Shown here one piece after another: positions 1-10,727 of a stretch of 64,000 nucleotides of DNA (position 1 is the first letter of the stretch; each line of letters opens with the position of its first letter). The stretch is from Nitrosopumilus sp. (lineage in GTDB: Archaea; Thermoproteota; Nitrososphaeria; Nitrososphaerales; Nitrosopumilaceae): the NCBI GenBank assembly GCA_965218695.1, contig OZ244651.1, positions 1,632,001 through 1,696,000 on the forward strand, read 5' to 3'. The translations under genes and the position numbers were made by a program. The notes below the pieces were generated by a model. It was not told the origin of the DNA and searched no databases. It saw only the letters and a program-made list of their open reading frames with translations.

Positions 1-419
1 TTGCATTTTCCGAAGAATTGGAAATACTTTCAGCCGGATTTGAAATATCTGGCAGCCAGGACGTACGCAAGATTGTAAAATATCGGGGAGAAAAAACACT
101 ATCCTTTAGTAATGATCAGCCCCAAACATCCATCGTTACGCTGATTGCAAACGAGCCCACATTCCATCTGGTCAGCTCATTAAACATTAACACCGCCGGC
201 CATGAGGAAAATTTTATTTTTAGTGTTAATGATGACACGGTTACCTTCGCTCGCGGCTATCCTGATTATTTGGAGCGACTAAGTTTCACGCCTCAAATTG
301 ATAAGTTTGGAAATAAAATACCAAGCCACGAACGGGGTGGTGGGGGATATTCCATAGACAGCGTATTGTTTGAGTATTCCAAACTGCATAATCTGGGTGC
401 TAATGAGACAAGACAGATA

Positions 420-1711
420 CAGTCTTCCCAGAAGTAGCTCAGGGTAGCACCGGCGGCGGGGGCTCCGGCGGCTCTTTGTAGCCAAATACGATCAGCAACA
501 GCAGCATGTCCCTGAGATCCTGTTGGGTGATCGGGGGATCCGTGGGATAAATCCCGGTAACGTGCATCAGCGTTGCGTTTGCCATTACCCAAGCGTTAAA
601 GACGGCTACAGAGTACACAAAGCACAAAAGTCGCGCCATCGGGTTCTTGCTGTGCGTCTTGGCCCTTGTGTTTTCTATCATCCGGTATCCAGTCTCTATG
701 CCCCACCTGTTCCCGTACGAGTCCGGATCCACGTCGGGGACGTTGGTGGCAAACCCGATGTATTTCTCGTGCGGCAGCAGCTCGTCGTCGTCCTTTCTTT
801 TCTTCCTCTTCTTCCTTTCTGTGATGGTCATCGTATACGACACCTCCCTGCCATCTCCCCCGACGATGACGGATTTGGAGACGCGGCCGCGCCTGCCTGT
901 AGCAAACTCTGCGATGGCATCCACCACAGTATCCGTATTCTTGCATGGTATCAGATATTTGATGCCCATGTCCCCAAGCGTCCCCATTACGTCTGCCGTA
1001 AAGAACTCCCTGTCCAGCATCGCCATTCCGATGCAGGCCCCCACGTCCCGTGCAGAGCCGATGATTTTACGCACGAAATCGGCAGTATCCTCAAGTGACG
1101 GCATGTTCAGGACGCCTAACACGAGGCGAAGGTTCTGAACCGTGGACTGTATCGTGATGTACCTCTCAAAGACGTGTGTCCCGTCCTTGGCCTTTGAGCG
1201 CACCAGTTCTGCCCCGTAGCTCTTGTCGTATCTGGGTATCAGGTGCATGTCGATTGCCAAGTCAATCTCCTGGTCTTTCTTGAGCAGTCTCATCTTGCGC
1301 ATCTGGTCAAGCTGCAGGACGACTGTCTTGGCAAAGCATTTGTAGACGTCGCTGCCACGCGTCCGGGATGCCGCATCGCGCATCCACTCATCACTTGGGC
1401 GTGAGTCCCCGTCTGCACCGCCGATTCTCTTGGAGGACCTGGTGCATCCGGCCACCTGCCTGCCGTGCGCACATGCGCCTGCCATGCTTCTGTGAAAATC
1501 CTCGGTGCCGTAGATGGCATTGTGCCTGTGTGAGACCATGATGCACGGGGACATGCCTGCCCCTACCGTGTCCAGAACATCTTGATATATGCGTGGGTTG
1601 TTAAGCAAGTCGCGTCTCAGTTGGTTCATTGGTAGTTCGATGACCTTCTGAGATTGCCCTAATTGATCTGTTTTGATTTTGGGCTGTTTTCAGGTACTTC
1701 TGGGAAGACTG
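420..1711 (-). mobile_element. Complete ISH3-family insertion sequence
   Basis: Perfect 17-bp TIR CAGTCTTCCCAGAAGTA (420-436) / TACTTCTGGGAAGACTG (1695-1711); 5-bp TSD AGATA (415-419, 1712-1716). Confidence 0.92.
439..1629 (-). CDS. ISH3-family DDE transposase
   Basis: 396 aa with motifs LAIDMHLIPRY, MLDREFF and Y-x-x-RWGIETGYR. Confidence 0.9.
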   Translation of the reverse strand: MNQLRRDLLNNPRIYQDVLDTVGAGMSPCIMVSHRHNAIYGTEDFHRSMAGACAHGRQVAGCTRSSKRIGGADGDSRPSDEWMRDAASRTRGSDVYKCFAKTVVLQLDQMRKMRLLKKDQEIDLAIDMHLIPRYDKSYGAELVRSKAKDGTHVFERYITIQSTVQNLRLVLGVLNMPSLEDTADFVRKIIGSARDVGACIGMAMLDREFFTADVMGTLGDMGIKYLIPCKNTDTVVDAIAEFATGRRGRVSKSVIVGGDGREVSYTMTITERKKRKKRKDDDELLPHEKYIGFATNVPDVDPDSYGNRWGIETGYRMIENTRAKTHSKNPMARLLCFVYSVAVFNAWVMANATLMHVTGIYPTDPPITQQDLRDMLLLLIVFGYKEPPEPPPPVLP

Positions 1712-1819
1712 AGATACAACTTGAATTTATAAAACACCAAGTACTAAACCCTGATCATGATTTTACCACATTTTACAAAATTTTTTCTGACACGGACATT
1801 TCAGATGAGATAGACTATG

Positions 1820-2479
1820 GTAAGTGTTCACGTCGTGCCTAATTCAGTTCACTCTTGGGTAAATTTTGTGCAAACCACAGATCCAAATAGGATGGTAATC
1901 CAAACCCGATGTGAAAAGCCAGGCTGAACTCAAAAAGATGTACACGGATCTCAAGACTGAGAACATCAAGCTCAAGCAGACGATTGAGATGCAAGGGCAG
2001 ATAATTGAGGAATTGAATCTGGCAGTTGCTGATCTTAAGCGCAGGCTGGTGCGGCATGACAATTACAACACCCCGTCATCACAAAAAAGGGGGCCCGGAT
2101 GGCCTGACACAAAGGGAAAAGGCGACGAAAAGAATGCCTACAATAAATCGTAAGTGTTCACGTCGTGCCTAATTCAGTTCACTCTTGGGTAAATTTTGTG
2201 CAAACCACAGATCCAAATAGGATGGTAATCCAAACCCGATGTGAAAAGCCAGGCTGAACTCAAAAAGATGTACACGGATCTCAAGACTGAGAACATCAAG
2301 CTCAAGCAGACGATTGAGATGCAAGGGCAGATAATTGAGGAATTGAATCTGGCAGTTGCTGATCTTAAGCGCAGGCTGGTGCGGCATGACAATTACAACA
2401 CCCCGTCATCACAAAAAAGGGGGCCCGGATGGCCTGACACAAAGGGAAAAGGCGACGAAAAGAATGCCTACAATAAATC
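1820..2479 (+). repeat. Exact 330-bp tandem duplication of the IS66 left end
   Basis: 1820-2149 equals 2150-2479; both copies start with the TIR GTAAGTGTTCACGT. Identical ORFs are called 330 bp apart. Confidence 0.95.
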
Positions 2480-3379
2480 CACAAAAGCCTCCCGGGATCA
2501 AAAGGACCGCGTGGATGCGGCCGGCAGCGGGAAGTCGCGCGGGGGGCAAAAAGGCCACATGGGCCGCACCCGCAAGCCAAAACCCACCGAGTTTGAGGAA
2601 CACACCCCGGAGGCCTGCCCCGAATGCGGCTCGGGTAGCCTTTCCATAGTGCAGTCAGAAAAACGCGACATTACCAAGGTGGAGCGCACGATAAAGGTCA
2701 TCACCACGCGCCACACCATAAACACGTGTCGCTGCTCCTGCGGTCTGGTGGACATCAAGCCCGAGACCGGCCTTCCAGACAAGGGCAGCTACGATCCGAG
2801 CATAACGACTGATGTTGCAGACGATTACGTGTGTCGCATGCCGTTTAGGATGATCGCAGACCGCATGTCGCGGTACGGAATTACACTCTCCTCGGGCACG
2901 GCGCACAACATAATGCGCAGGCTGGGAACGTCGCTGGGCGCCCCTGCGGCAGCCATTGCCGCCATGATACGCAAGGCCAAGATACTGCACGCCGACGAGA
3001 CATCGATTCACCTAAACGGCCGCAACGTCTGGGTGTGGATACTGCACGATCCGCTGACCGGGCACGCGCTGTACGTGATACGGGACAGCCGGGGGGCAAA
3101 GGTTCTGAAAGAAGCGCTTGGGGGTTGGGACGGCACGTTAGTGTGCGACGGCTGGACGGCGTACGGAAAATACCGCGTCCAGCGCTGCTGGTCGCACATA
3201 ATACGCGAGGCCAGGGACATCTGCAACCGCAATCCGGACTGCCCAGGCGCGCGCAACGTCCTGAAGCACCTGCGCATAATCTATGATTATGCCAGAAGGG
3301 CAAGCAGGAAACGCTCGCGCTCTCTCCGGGACAACGCGTCTGCCATGCTGACGTCATGCATCGAAAAGATCGTTGCAAG

Positions 3380-5057
3380 AGATCCTATGCAGAATGCGCC
3401 TGACGCGGCAAACCATAAAATCACGTCCGAACTGCGCTGGGCATGGCCGTATCTGAAAATCCCACCTGCCACATATTTTACAAATTCGTCTTGTTCGTCC
3501 ATGTGAAAAATCTAGTTTCCAAGAATGAAAAGCAAGACATGTCCGGCGGATGTGCGGCATCTGTCCACCAGAGCGGCAGATTGTTTCATGGTGAATTGGA
3601 GGGGGAGATTCATGCGAATCCGAATGCTATGCGCGGCATTTTTGCACTGCTGCATCTTTTACTCCGTCCAAGCGGCTCATGCCGCCCTGCCTCAGAGGCG
3701 CGCCCTTTCTTCTGCCAGCCTCTTGAGAAGGTCCGCGTCCCTGAGTTTTATTTCGTCCCACATCAGATCCTGGTTTACCATTCCTGCAATCGCGTTGAGC
3801 TCGTCGTTGTACTCCTCTTCGGTGCCGTCGTACGGGTCAGTCAGCCTCTTGTACTGCTTCAGGTTCTCCCTATGACGTGCTCTATGGCCACCCGGGAACT
3901 GTTTACCCTCTTGTTGTAGGCGCGCTGCTTCTTTGTCAGGCCACCTGTCTTCTTGTCGGCACCAGGCTTTTTCTTGTACGGGTGCCTGATGTGCCATCCG
4001 GGATATTCCTCCCTTGTCCCCTGGTAGCCCTTGTCGGTCAGGACATAGGGCTTTTCCTTTTCGGGCACGTCCTTCTGGCCCATCCTTGCAGTGATGATTC
4101 CAAGGTTTGGCGGATCCTCGTTGAGCAGGGTCTTGTCGTGGACGCTGCCCGGAACGGTCTTGCTTATCGCAACTATCACGCGGCGCTTGTTGATCACGAT
4201 GTTGGTGTTGTACGTGTGCGCCTTCTTCTTGCCAGAGTACGTCTTTTTGCGCCTCTCCTTGTCCGCGGATCTTCTGACCCGGTTGTGCGTGCCGTCCACC
4301 ATCAGTTCTCCTCCCCTCCTGCCGGGTATTATCTTCTTGCTCTCCTCAAACGTCCTGGCCTTTTGTGCAGCCTCGCTGATTTTGCGCGGCGCCGTGCCTG
4401 TCTCGCCTAGCAGCCGGGTCATCAGGGGAAGATACCTGGAGACGGTGGCCTGGTCAACGCCAAGCATCGTGGCCAGGGCTTCCTGCGGTATGCTCAGCCT
4501 TGACCGAAACAGCCACAGCAGGTACGCGTGCCTCAGGGGCAGGATGCGCCTGCTTCCGGAGTTTTTTGATCTGCTCCCAACTTCCCAAAAGAGCGCAGTC
4601 TCCCCGTTCCGCTCCAAAAGCTCCTTGAGGCGGTTCAGCGTGTGGTCAAACCTTTCCGGGGTGCGCAGCGTCATGGCGTGCAGGAATTCAGGATATTTTA
4701 TGATGTCGTCAAGAAACCTAGACGTGATGGTCCAGTGGTCAGTCAGGCGTTCCTTGAGGGCCTCGCCCTTCTGCCTGTCTGTCCTGCGTGCCTCCCTGAG
4801 GGCCCTGATCCTCTGCCTGTGGAGTTCTCCTGATTCCCTGAGCGACTCGTTTTCCTGCCGTATTCTCTGCACGATCGGTTCTGCCAGCATTGCCATCACG
4901 GTGTGGCGTAAAGACCACCGATCTTAATGTTTCGGTTGCCGTTCCTGGATTGGCATGTTTTACGGTTCTGTGAATATTCGACTGCATGTGGTGCTGCATG
5001 TAGGAATAACCCAGTTTAATTCAGTTTTTTAGGTCAGGCACATTCTGCATGAGATCT
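3380..5057 (-). mobile_element. IS5-family (ISL2-like) element nested in the IS66 transposase gene
   Basis: TIR AGATCCTATGCAGAATGCGCCTGAC / rc AGATCTCATGCAGAATGTGCCTGAC; 3-bp TSD AAG (3377-3379, 5058-5060). Confidence 0.9.
3692..4899 (-). pseudogene. ISL2-like transposase (HTH + DDE) frameshifted near 3865
   Basis: HTH LGVDQATVSRY and motifs VDGTH, HD, DKGYQG, RVAIEHVIG. The expected tail LKQYKRLTDPYDG...ELNAIAGMVN is in another frame (ORF ending 3692). Confidence 0.85.
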
Positions 5058-5357
5058 AAGGTACGCCGACGATCCAATATTGGAAAAATTCATGGTCAAG
5101 ATCAGCAATGCTGGCAGCGACCTGTTCCGGTTCGTGCTGAACCCAAAGATCCCGCCTACAAACAATGCTGCAGAACGCGGGTTGCGCGAGATAGTCGTGC
5201 ACAGAAAAATACGGGGCAGCATAAGGGCAGAGGAGACGATGACGTGGATGGCGAATTTCTTTTCATGTGTAATGACATGGAAAAACAAGAAATTGGATTA
5301 CTTGGCGGAGATTGCAAAATACGCCTAAAAATGAGTTAAACCACGTGAACACTTACA

Positions 5358-7175
5358 AATATTCTAAAGCAGAAAGACAAAAAGCTGGAACAGAAAGACA
5401 AAAAGCTGGAACAGAAAGACAAAAAGCTGGAACAGAAAGACAAAAAGCTGGAACAGAAAGACAAAAAGCTGGAACAGAAAGACAAAAAGCTGGAACAGAA
5501 AGACAAAAAGCTGGAACAGAAAGACAAAAAGCTGGAACAGAAAGACAAAAAGCTGGAACAGAAAGACAAAAAGCTGGAACAGAAAGACAAAAAGCTGGAA
5601 CAGAAAGACAAAAAGCTGGAACAGAAAGACAAAAAGCTGGAACAGAAAGACAAAAAGCTGGAACAGAAAGACAAAAAGCTGGAACAGAAAGACAAAAAGC
5701 TGGAACAGAAAGACAAAAAGCTGGAACAGAAAGACAAAAAGCTGGAACAGAAAGACAAAAAGCTGGAACAGAAAGACAAAAAGCTGGAACAGAAAGACAA
5801 AAAGCTGGAACAGAAAGACAAAAAGCTGGAACAGAAAGACAAAAAGCTGGAACAGAAAGACAAAAAGCTGGAACAGAAAGACAAAAAGCTGGAACAGAAA
5901 GACAAAAAGCTGGAACAGAAAGACAAAAAGCTGGAACAGAAAGACAAAAAGCTGGAACAGAAAGACAAAAAGCTGGAACAGAAAGACAAAACCCTAAAAA
6001 ATATTCTAAAGCAGAAAGACAAAAAGCTGGAACAGAAAGACAGGGAGTTGGGCCTTGAACGCGGCCTGTGGAAGAGCAGGAACGATGGCTGGAACCCCGG
6101 CAAGGGGCCCGCGTTGCACCTGCTAGAGGTGCTAGACGGCATAATACGCGACGGGGACAAGCTCCGCCATGTCACGCTGGCAGACGGGGAACAGTTCCGG
6201 TACATGCTGGAGCGGGCCAAGGTGTTTCTGACGCATTCGGGCCAGATGCCGCTGTTCCGCGATAACGCATCCCGGACATCCGATCCCGGAAACCGGTGCA
6301 AACTGTACCTGAGACACGCACTGCTCCTAGCACTTATCCGCAAAAAGGACAACCCCGCCCAAGGCGTGCTTGCCGCATTCTTCGGGATAGACCAGACCAC
6401 CGTGTCCCGGTACATTCCGGTGATGGACGCGATGCTGACAGGGATACTTCCGACGGCAGACAACATATCCGAGGAGGTAGCTGCTGCCCCGACCAGGGAG
6501 GATTTCAAGAAGATCGTGCCCGGGTCCGACGGGGGCGAGATATTCATAGACGGCACGCACTGCCCCGTGCAGCGCCCGTCTGTAAAGTCAGTCCGGCGCA
6601 TGGGATACTCCGGCAAGAAGAAAAAGTTCACCAACAATACCAACGTGTACACCAACCGGGACGGGGTGGTGATCGGCATATCAAAAAGCACCGTCGGGTC
6701 AGTCGGCGACATCACGCTGCTCAAGGAACGCCCCATGCCGTTTGGAAAGTGGGAGGAGGCGATGCACGATCCGGACCTGCCAGAATCAGACAGGTGCCAC
6801 CCCTTCGTCGACCGCGGCTACCAGGGAATCGCAGACCACCTGCCCGGCACCACGCCGGAGATCCCGCACAAGAAGACCAGGGACACGCCGCTGACGCCGG
6901 AGCAAAAAAAGCACAACCACAGGATCAACTCCACCAGGGTGTTGGTGGAGCACACGATAGGCAGGCTCAAGCGCTACGCGCGTCTTGCCGACCCGTACGA
7001 CGGCAACGCGGCCCAGTTCAACAGGGAGTTTAACGTGATCACCGGGCTGGTAAACCTGAACATTGTGGGACTGCATGGAAAAGGGTCCGCCACCGCCAGG
7101 GCAGTGGAAGACGTCAGTAGACTGGGACAGGGCCTGCTCCGAAGCTCCGGTCAAGTAGAATTCAGGGCACGATGA
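5358..7175 (+). pseudogene. 5'-truncated ISL2-like transposase with a very long heptad-repeat N-terminus
   Basis: Reads NILK(QKDKKLE)n...KTLKNILKQKDKKLEQKDRELGLERGLW, then SDPGNRCKLY, FFGIDQTTVSRY, IDGTH, DRGYQG, RVLVEHTIGRLK. Start removed by the IS66 end at 5356; a late frameshift near 7063 is likely. Confidence 0.85.
5370..6042 (+). repeat. 21-bp tandem repeat CAGAAAGACAAAAAGCTGGAA, ~30 perfect copies, encoding QKDKKLE
   Basis: Directly visible array with no spacers. The frame starting at 5358 is open and continuous with the transposase ORF at 6048. Confidence 0.97.
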
Positions 7176-7315
7176 AGTGCTGCAAGGCTGCGCACGTCAT
7201 TTTGGATTTTGGGGTGAACGGACTTGCCACATACACGACACGAGCAGTTTTAGGCCGTATTTTTCCGGTTTTTTATGGCCGGGTTGGCAAAATGGGTGGA
7301 TTACGCATATCTTCT

Positions 7316-7356
7316 ATTCGGGCACTTCAAAAAACGAAACAATTACAATCACTTAC
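7316..7356 (-). mobile_element. Two stacked IS66 terminal remnants
   Basis: 7316-7346 matches the reverse complement of 12575-12605 at 30/31 positions. 7347-7356 AATCACTTAC equals the terminal 10 bp of the IS66 ending at 17269. Confidence 0.7.
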
Positions 7357-7373
7357 TAAATTTCCCCGTTTCC

Positions 7374-10300
7374 ATGTCGACACCGATATTAATGGCTACG
7401 CACGGACACAGTGCAACAGCCTTGACAAGATTGTACGATAACAAGTCTACACTCGTGAATCGGCGCGCCCCAATACGCGAGACGGCTTCGGGCCGGGCGT
7501 TGCTGGCTCTGGAGGCCAAGAGACTCCGATACGCATTCGCGTATGATCCTGTGCTTGCCATGAGCGTCTCCAAGGTGGATCCGCTCCCACACCAGATCGA
7601 AGCCGTCTACGGGCATGTCCTCAGGAAGCCGCGCGTGAGGTTCATGCTGGCCCATGATCCGGGAGCTGGCAAGACCATAATGGCGGGGCTCATAATCAAG
7701 GAGATGAAGCTGCGCGGCACAGCCAAGCGCATCCTGATAGTGGTTCCAGGCCAGCTCAAAGAGCAGTGGCGCTGGGAGATGAAGGACAAGATCGACGAGG
7801 ATTTTGAGGTGGTTGATCGGAAGTACTTTAATCGCGTCGGAAGCGACGAATCCTGGAGCGCGGACCAGATTATAACATCCATTGATTTTGCAAAGCGGGA
7901 CGACGTGCTAAAGTCGCTGGACTCGGCCTCGTTTGACATGGTAATAGTCGACGAGGCGCACAAGATGAGTGCGTACTCTTACGGCAAGACGACTGCCAAA
8001 ACCAAGAGGTACAGGCTGGGCGAGGCACTCTCGGCGGCAGGCACGAATCTCCTGTTCCTGACTGCCACCCCACACAAGGGAGACAGGAACAACTTTAGGC
8101 TACTCATGGATCTGCTGGAGCCGGGCTTTTTTGCAGAGGACTCCATGATGGAAGAATCCATACGGGACATGGACAACCCGCTTTTTCTCAGGCGGGCCAA
8201 GGAGGGGATGACTGACTTTGACGGCGCACCGCTCTTCGTGCCGCGTACAGTCAGCACGCCAGACGTGAAGATGTCGCGTGCAGAGAAGTCCCTGTATGAT
8301 GCCATGTCCAAGTACGTCCGGGAGCAGTACGACTTGGCCTCTAGGTCATCAAAGGGGCACAACGTCACGTTTGCACTCATAATACTGCAGCGCAGGTTCG
8401 CATCCAGCCCGTACGCGCTGCTCCGATCCCTCAAGCGCAGAAAAGCCCGCCTGGAGGAACTGTACCGGACAGGAAAGCATCCAGGCAATGTGCGGCAGTC
8501 GGGCAAAGACCTAGAAAGCGTGGAGGAGATGACAGAGGCCGAGAGGTGGGCAGAAGAAGAGAAGTGGGAGGTGCTCAGTATGGCGCAAAACCTGGAGGAT
8601 CTTCAAGAGGAGATCGGTACAGTGGACAAGTTGATCTCCAAGACTGAGAAGGTGGAAGGCAGGAGGTCAGAGACGAAGCTTGCGTACCTAAAAGAGATGA
8701 TGCAGGAGATGGACAGGACGCAGCCAGACGAGAAGGTGCTGGTATTTACAGAATCCAGGGACACCATGGAGTATCTGGTCAGGAACATGGCAGGATGGGG
8801 CTACTCGGTCAACACCATACACGGTGCCATGCCGTCCAAGGAGAGGAAGGACGCAGAGGCGGTCTTCCGCGACAAGACCCGCGTGATGGTGGCCACGGAG
8901 GCTGCCGGGGAGGGAATAAACCTGCAGTTCTGCCACATCATGATAAACTACGATCTGCCTTGGAACCCCAACAGGCTGGAGCAGAGGATGGGGCGCATTC
9001 ACCGGTACGGCCAGAAGCATCCAGTCAGCGTCTTTAACATGGTGGCCTCAGACACCCGGGAAGGCCAGATAATGCAGAGGCTCTTTGAGAAACTCGACGA
9101 GATAAAGGAGGTCATGGGCAGTGACAAGATATTCGACGTGATAAGCGAGGTGGTCCCGGGCAAGAGCCTCTCCAACATGTTGCTTGAGGCCACGGTGCGC
9201 GCAAGGGAGCAGAAGGACATAATGAAGGATCTGGACGCGTACGTGACTGCCGAAAACGATCAAATACGCGACTACTTGGAGGACAGCCTGTCTGCCAAGT
9301 ACGTGGATCGCACCATGCTTGAGGACTTTAGGGGCGAGGCGCAGGAGAAGAGCCTGGTACCAGAATACTCCATGAACCTGTTTGCCGACGTGCTTGAGGC
9401 TGCGGGGGGGCGCGTAATCAACAAGAACGGCATGGTGGCCTCCATAATCCTGCCGCCGGAGATAGCGGCGCTGGCGCGTGAGCGGCACGGGATGCCAGAG
9501 GCATCCCAGCTCGACACGGTCACGTTTGACAAGAGGGTCAGGATGGCAAATCCTGGCACGGAGCTTGTCACGTTTGGCCACCCCGCCTTTGACGCGGCAC
9601 TTGACTGGGCAGAACGCGAATACCTCGACGATGTGATGGCCGGGGCCACGTTCACAGACCCTTCCGGCAGGATGGACGGCTACGTGGTGTACTGCCAGGG
9701 GGACGTGATAGACGGGCAGGGAACCGTCGCAGGCAGGCGCCTCTCGGCATGCCTTGTGGATTCAAAAGGGCACGCAAGGGACGTGTCCCCTGCGGTGCTA
9801 CTGGACTTGGAACCGTCCCTTGCCGAGCCGGAGTTAGACGTCCCAGAAGACGTCTTGGAGGCGGCAGTATCAGAGTCGGCCAATATGCTTGAGGAATACG
9901 TAGGTAGCATCTCAAAGGAACGCCTCAAGTATGCCGGAAGCATGCAAAAATACGGGGTAAGCTCGATTGACACGCTCTTGGATCGGGTCAGCGACGATAT
10001 AGCCAGGCTCCTTGACAAGAAAAGGATCGGGATGTCGATGGATCTTGCCATATACAACAAGAGGGAGGAGCGCAAAAGGCACAGGCTGGCAAGGCACAGG
10101 CTGAAGACGCGAACAGACGCAGACATGGAACTGTCCGCATGCGCACCGTCTGTGGCAGGCGTGGTAAGGGTGATTCCGGGTGATTCCGGACGGCGTGCGA
10201 CGTGGATGGCGCTAGAATCTGCCATGTCATTTGAGAAGGCCAGCGGCAGGAACCCGGAGGACGTGTCCGGGACGGGGCGCGGATTTGACATAAGGTCCAC

Positions 10301-10520
10301 GGACGGGGCCGGTGTGCGGTACGTGTTGGCAAAGCCTGCCAAACCCAGGATCAATCTTACCCAAAACGAGTGGCTCCGCTCTAAGACGCTGGGCAACGCC
10401 TCGTACCTGTACTTGGTAGATTCGGATGGGAAGATTTCCCGCACCGTGGTGAACCCGGCGGCGGTCCTGCTATGCGCCAAGACGGCCTCGGGGTACGTGG
10501 CAGATACGGGCATGGCGTGA
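7374..10520 (+). CDS. SNF2-family helicase with C-terminal DUF3883-like nuclease-fold domain
   Basis: Motifs LAHDPGAGKT, DEAH, LTATP, TEAAGEGINLQ, LEQRMGRIHRYGQ. C-terminal PEDVS...GFDIRS...LTQNEW. Start uncertain; the called 7275 start lies in IS DNA. Confidence 0.88.
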   Translation: MSTPILMATHGHSATALTRLYDNKSTLVNRRAPIRETASGRALLALEAKRLRYAFAYDPVLAMSVSKVDPLPHQIEAVYGHVLRKPRVRFMLAHDPGAGKTIMAGLIIKEMKLRGTAKRILIVVPGQLKEQWRWEMKDKIDEDFEVVDRKYFNRVGSDESWSADQIITSIDFAKRDDVLKSLDSASFDMVIVDEAHKMSAYSYGKTTAKTKRYRLGEALSAAGTNLLFLTATPHKGDRNNFRLLMDLLEPGFFAEDSMMEESIRDMDNPLFLRRAKEGMTDFDGAPLFVPRTVSTPDVKMSRAEKSLYDAMSKYVREQYDLASRSSKGHNVTFALIILQRRFASSPYALLRSLKRRKARLEELYRTGKHPGNVRQSGKDLESVEEMTEAERWAEEEKWEVLSMAQNLEDLQEEIGTVDKLISKTEKVEGRRSETKLAYLKEMMQEMDRTQPDEKVLVFTESRDTMEYLVRNMAGWGYSVNTIHGAMPSKERKDAEAVFRDKTRVMVATEAAGEGINLQFCHIMINYDLPWNPNRLEQRMGRIHRYGQKHPVSVFNMVASDTREGQIMQRLFEKLDEIKEVMGSDKIFDVISEVVPGKSLSNMLLEATVRAREQKDIMKDLDAYVTAENDQIRDYLEDSLSAKYVDRTMLEDFRGEAQEKSLVPEYSMNLFADVLEAAGGRVINKNGMVASIILPPEIAALARERHGMPEASQLDTVTFDKRVRMANPGTELVTFGHPAFDAALDWAEREYLDDVMAGATFTDPSGRMDGYVVYCQGDVIDGQGTVAGRRLSACLVDSKGHARDVSPAVLLDLEPSLAEPELDVPEDVLEAAVSESANMLEEYVGSISKERLKYAGSMQKYGVSSIDTLLDRVSDDIARLLDKKRIGMSMDLAIYNKREERKRHRLARHRLKTRTDADMELSACAPSVAGVVRVIPGDSGRRATWMALESAMSFEKASGRNPEDVSGTGRGFDIRSTDGAGVRYVLAKPAKPRINLTQNEWLRSKTLGNASYLYLVDSDGKISRTVVNPAAVLLCAKTASGYVADTGMA

Positions 10521-10727
10521 TGCCAGGCGCGATGCCAGGCGCGATGGATGCGTGCGTACCCGAACGCGTCGGGACTGCCTTTGGCGTTACCCATCTCATT
10601 CCATCTCACCCCCTCCACCTCTGCGGAGGGTTGGGCACATTTTCTGGCAAGACGGACATGCTGGTAAAGGTGCCCCGCGTGTCTAGACGTGTACGGTCTG
10701 CTGCTGCTGCAGCAGCTGCTACAGGGC

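Larger units (their letters stand above)
18..1819 (+). pseudogene. AT-rich hypothetical gene interrupted by ISH3 (420-1711) and cut off by IS66 at 1820
   Basis: ORF 18-437 reads into the IS end. Removing the IS plus one AGATA copy restores the frame: ...NETRQI-QLEFIKHQVLNPDHDFTTFYKIFSDTDISDEIDY up to 1819. The 5' end may lie outside the window. Confidence 0.65.
2241..5328 (+). pseudogene. IS66 transposase split by a nested IS
   Basis: N-part has coiled coil, CPECG zinc finger, LHADET, VCDGW and QRCWSH. C-part (5061-5328) has PPTNNAAERGLRE. Removing 3380-5057 plus one AAG gives in-frame KIVAR-YADDPILEKFM. Confidence 0.9.
2150..5356 (+). mobile_element. Single-ORF IS66-family element containing a nested IS5/ISL2-like element
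   Basis: TIR GTAAGTGTTCACGT (2150) / ACGTGAACACTTAC (ending 5356). Flanking 8-mers do not match. Confidence 0.88.
5357..7315 (+). mobile_element. ISL2-like element, left end lost
   Basis: Right TIR GGATTACGCATATCTTCT ends at 7315 and matches the TIR family of the element at 33892-35440. Confidence 0.85.

Noticed and set aside
5370-6042. CRISPR array
   Set aside because: Units are contiguous and identical with no spacers, no cas genes are present, and the array is coding.
5312-6736. ORF-track proteins (KAGTERQ)n and (FCSSFLS)n
   Set aside because: Alternative frames of the repeat that start in IS DNA; the QKDKKLE frame is the one continuous with the transposase.
10518-10546. 12-bp tandem repeat GATGCCAGGCGC after the helicase stop
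   Set aside because: Only about two copies; most likely a slippage product with no evident function.
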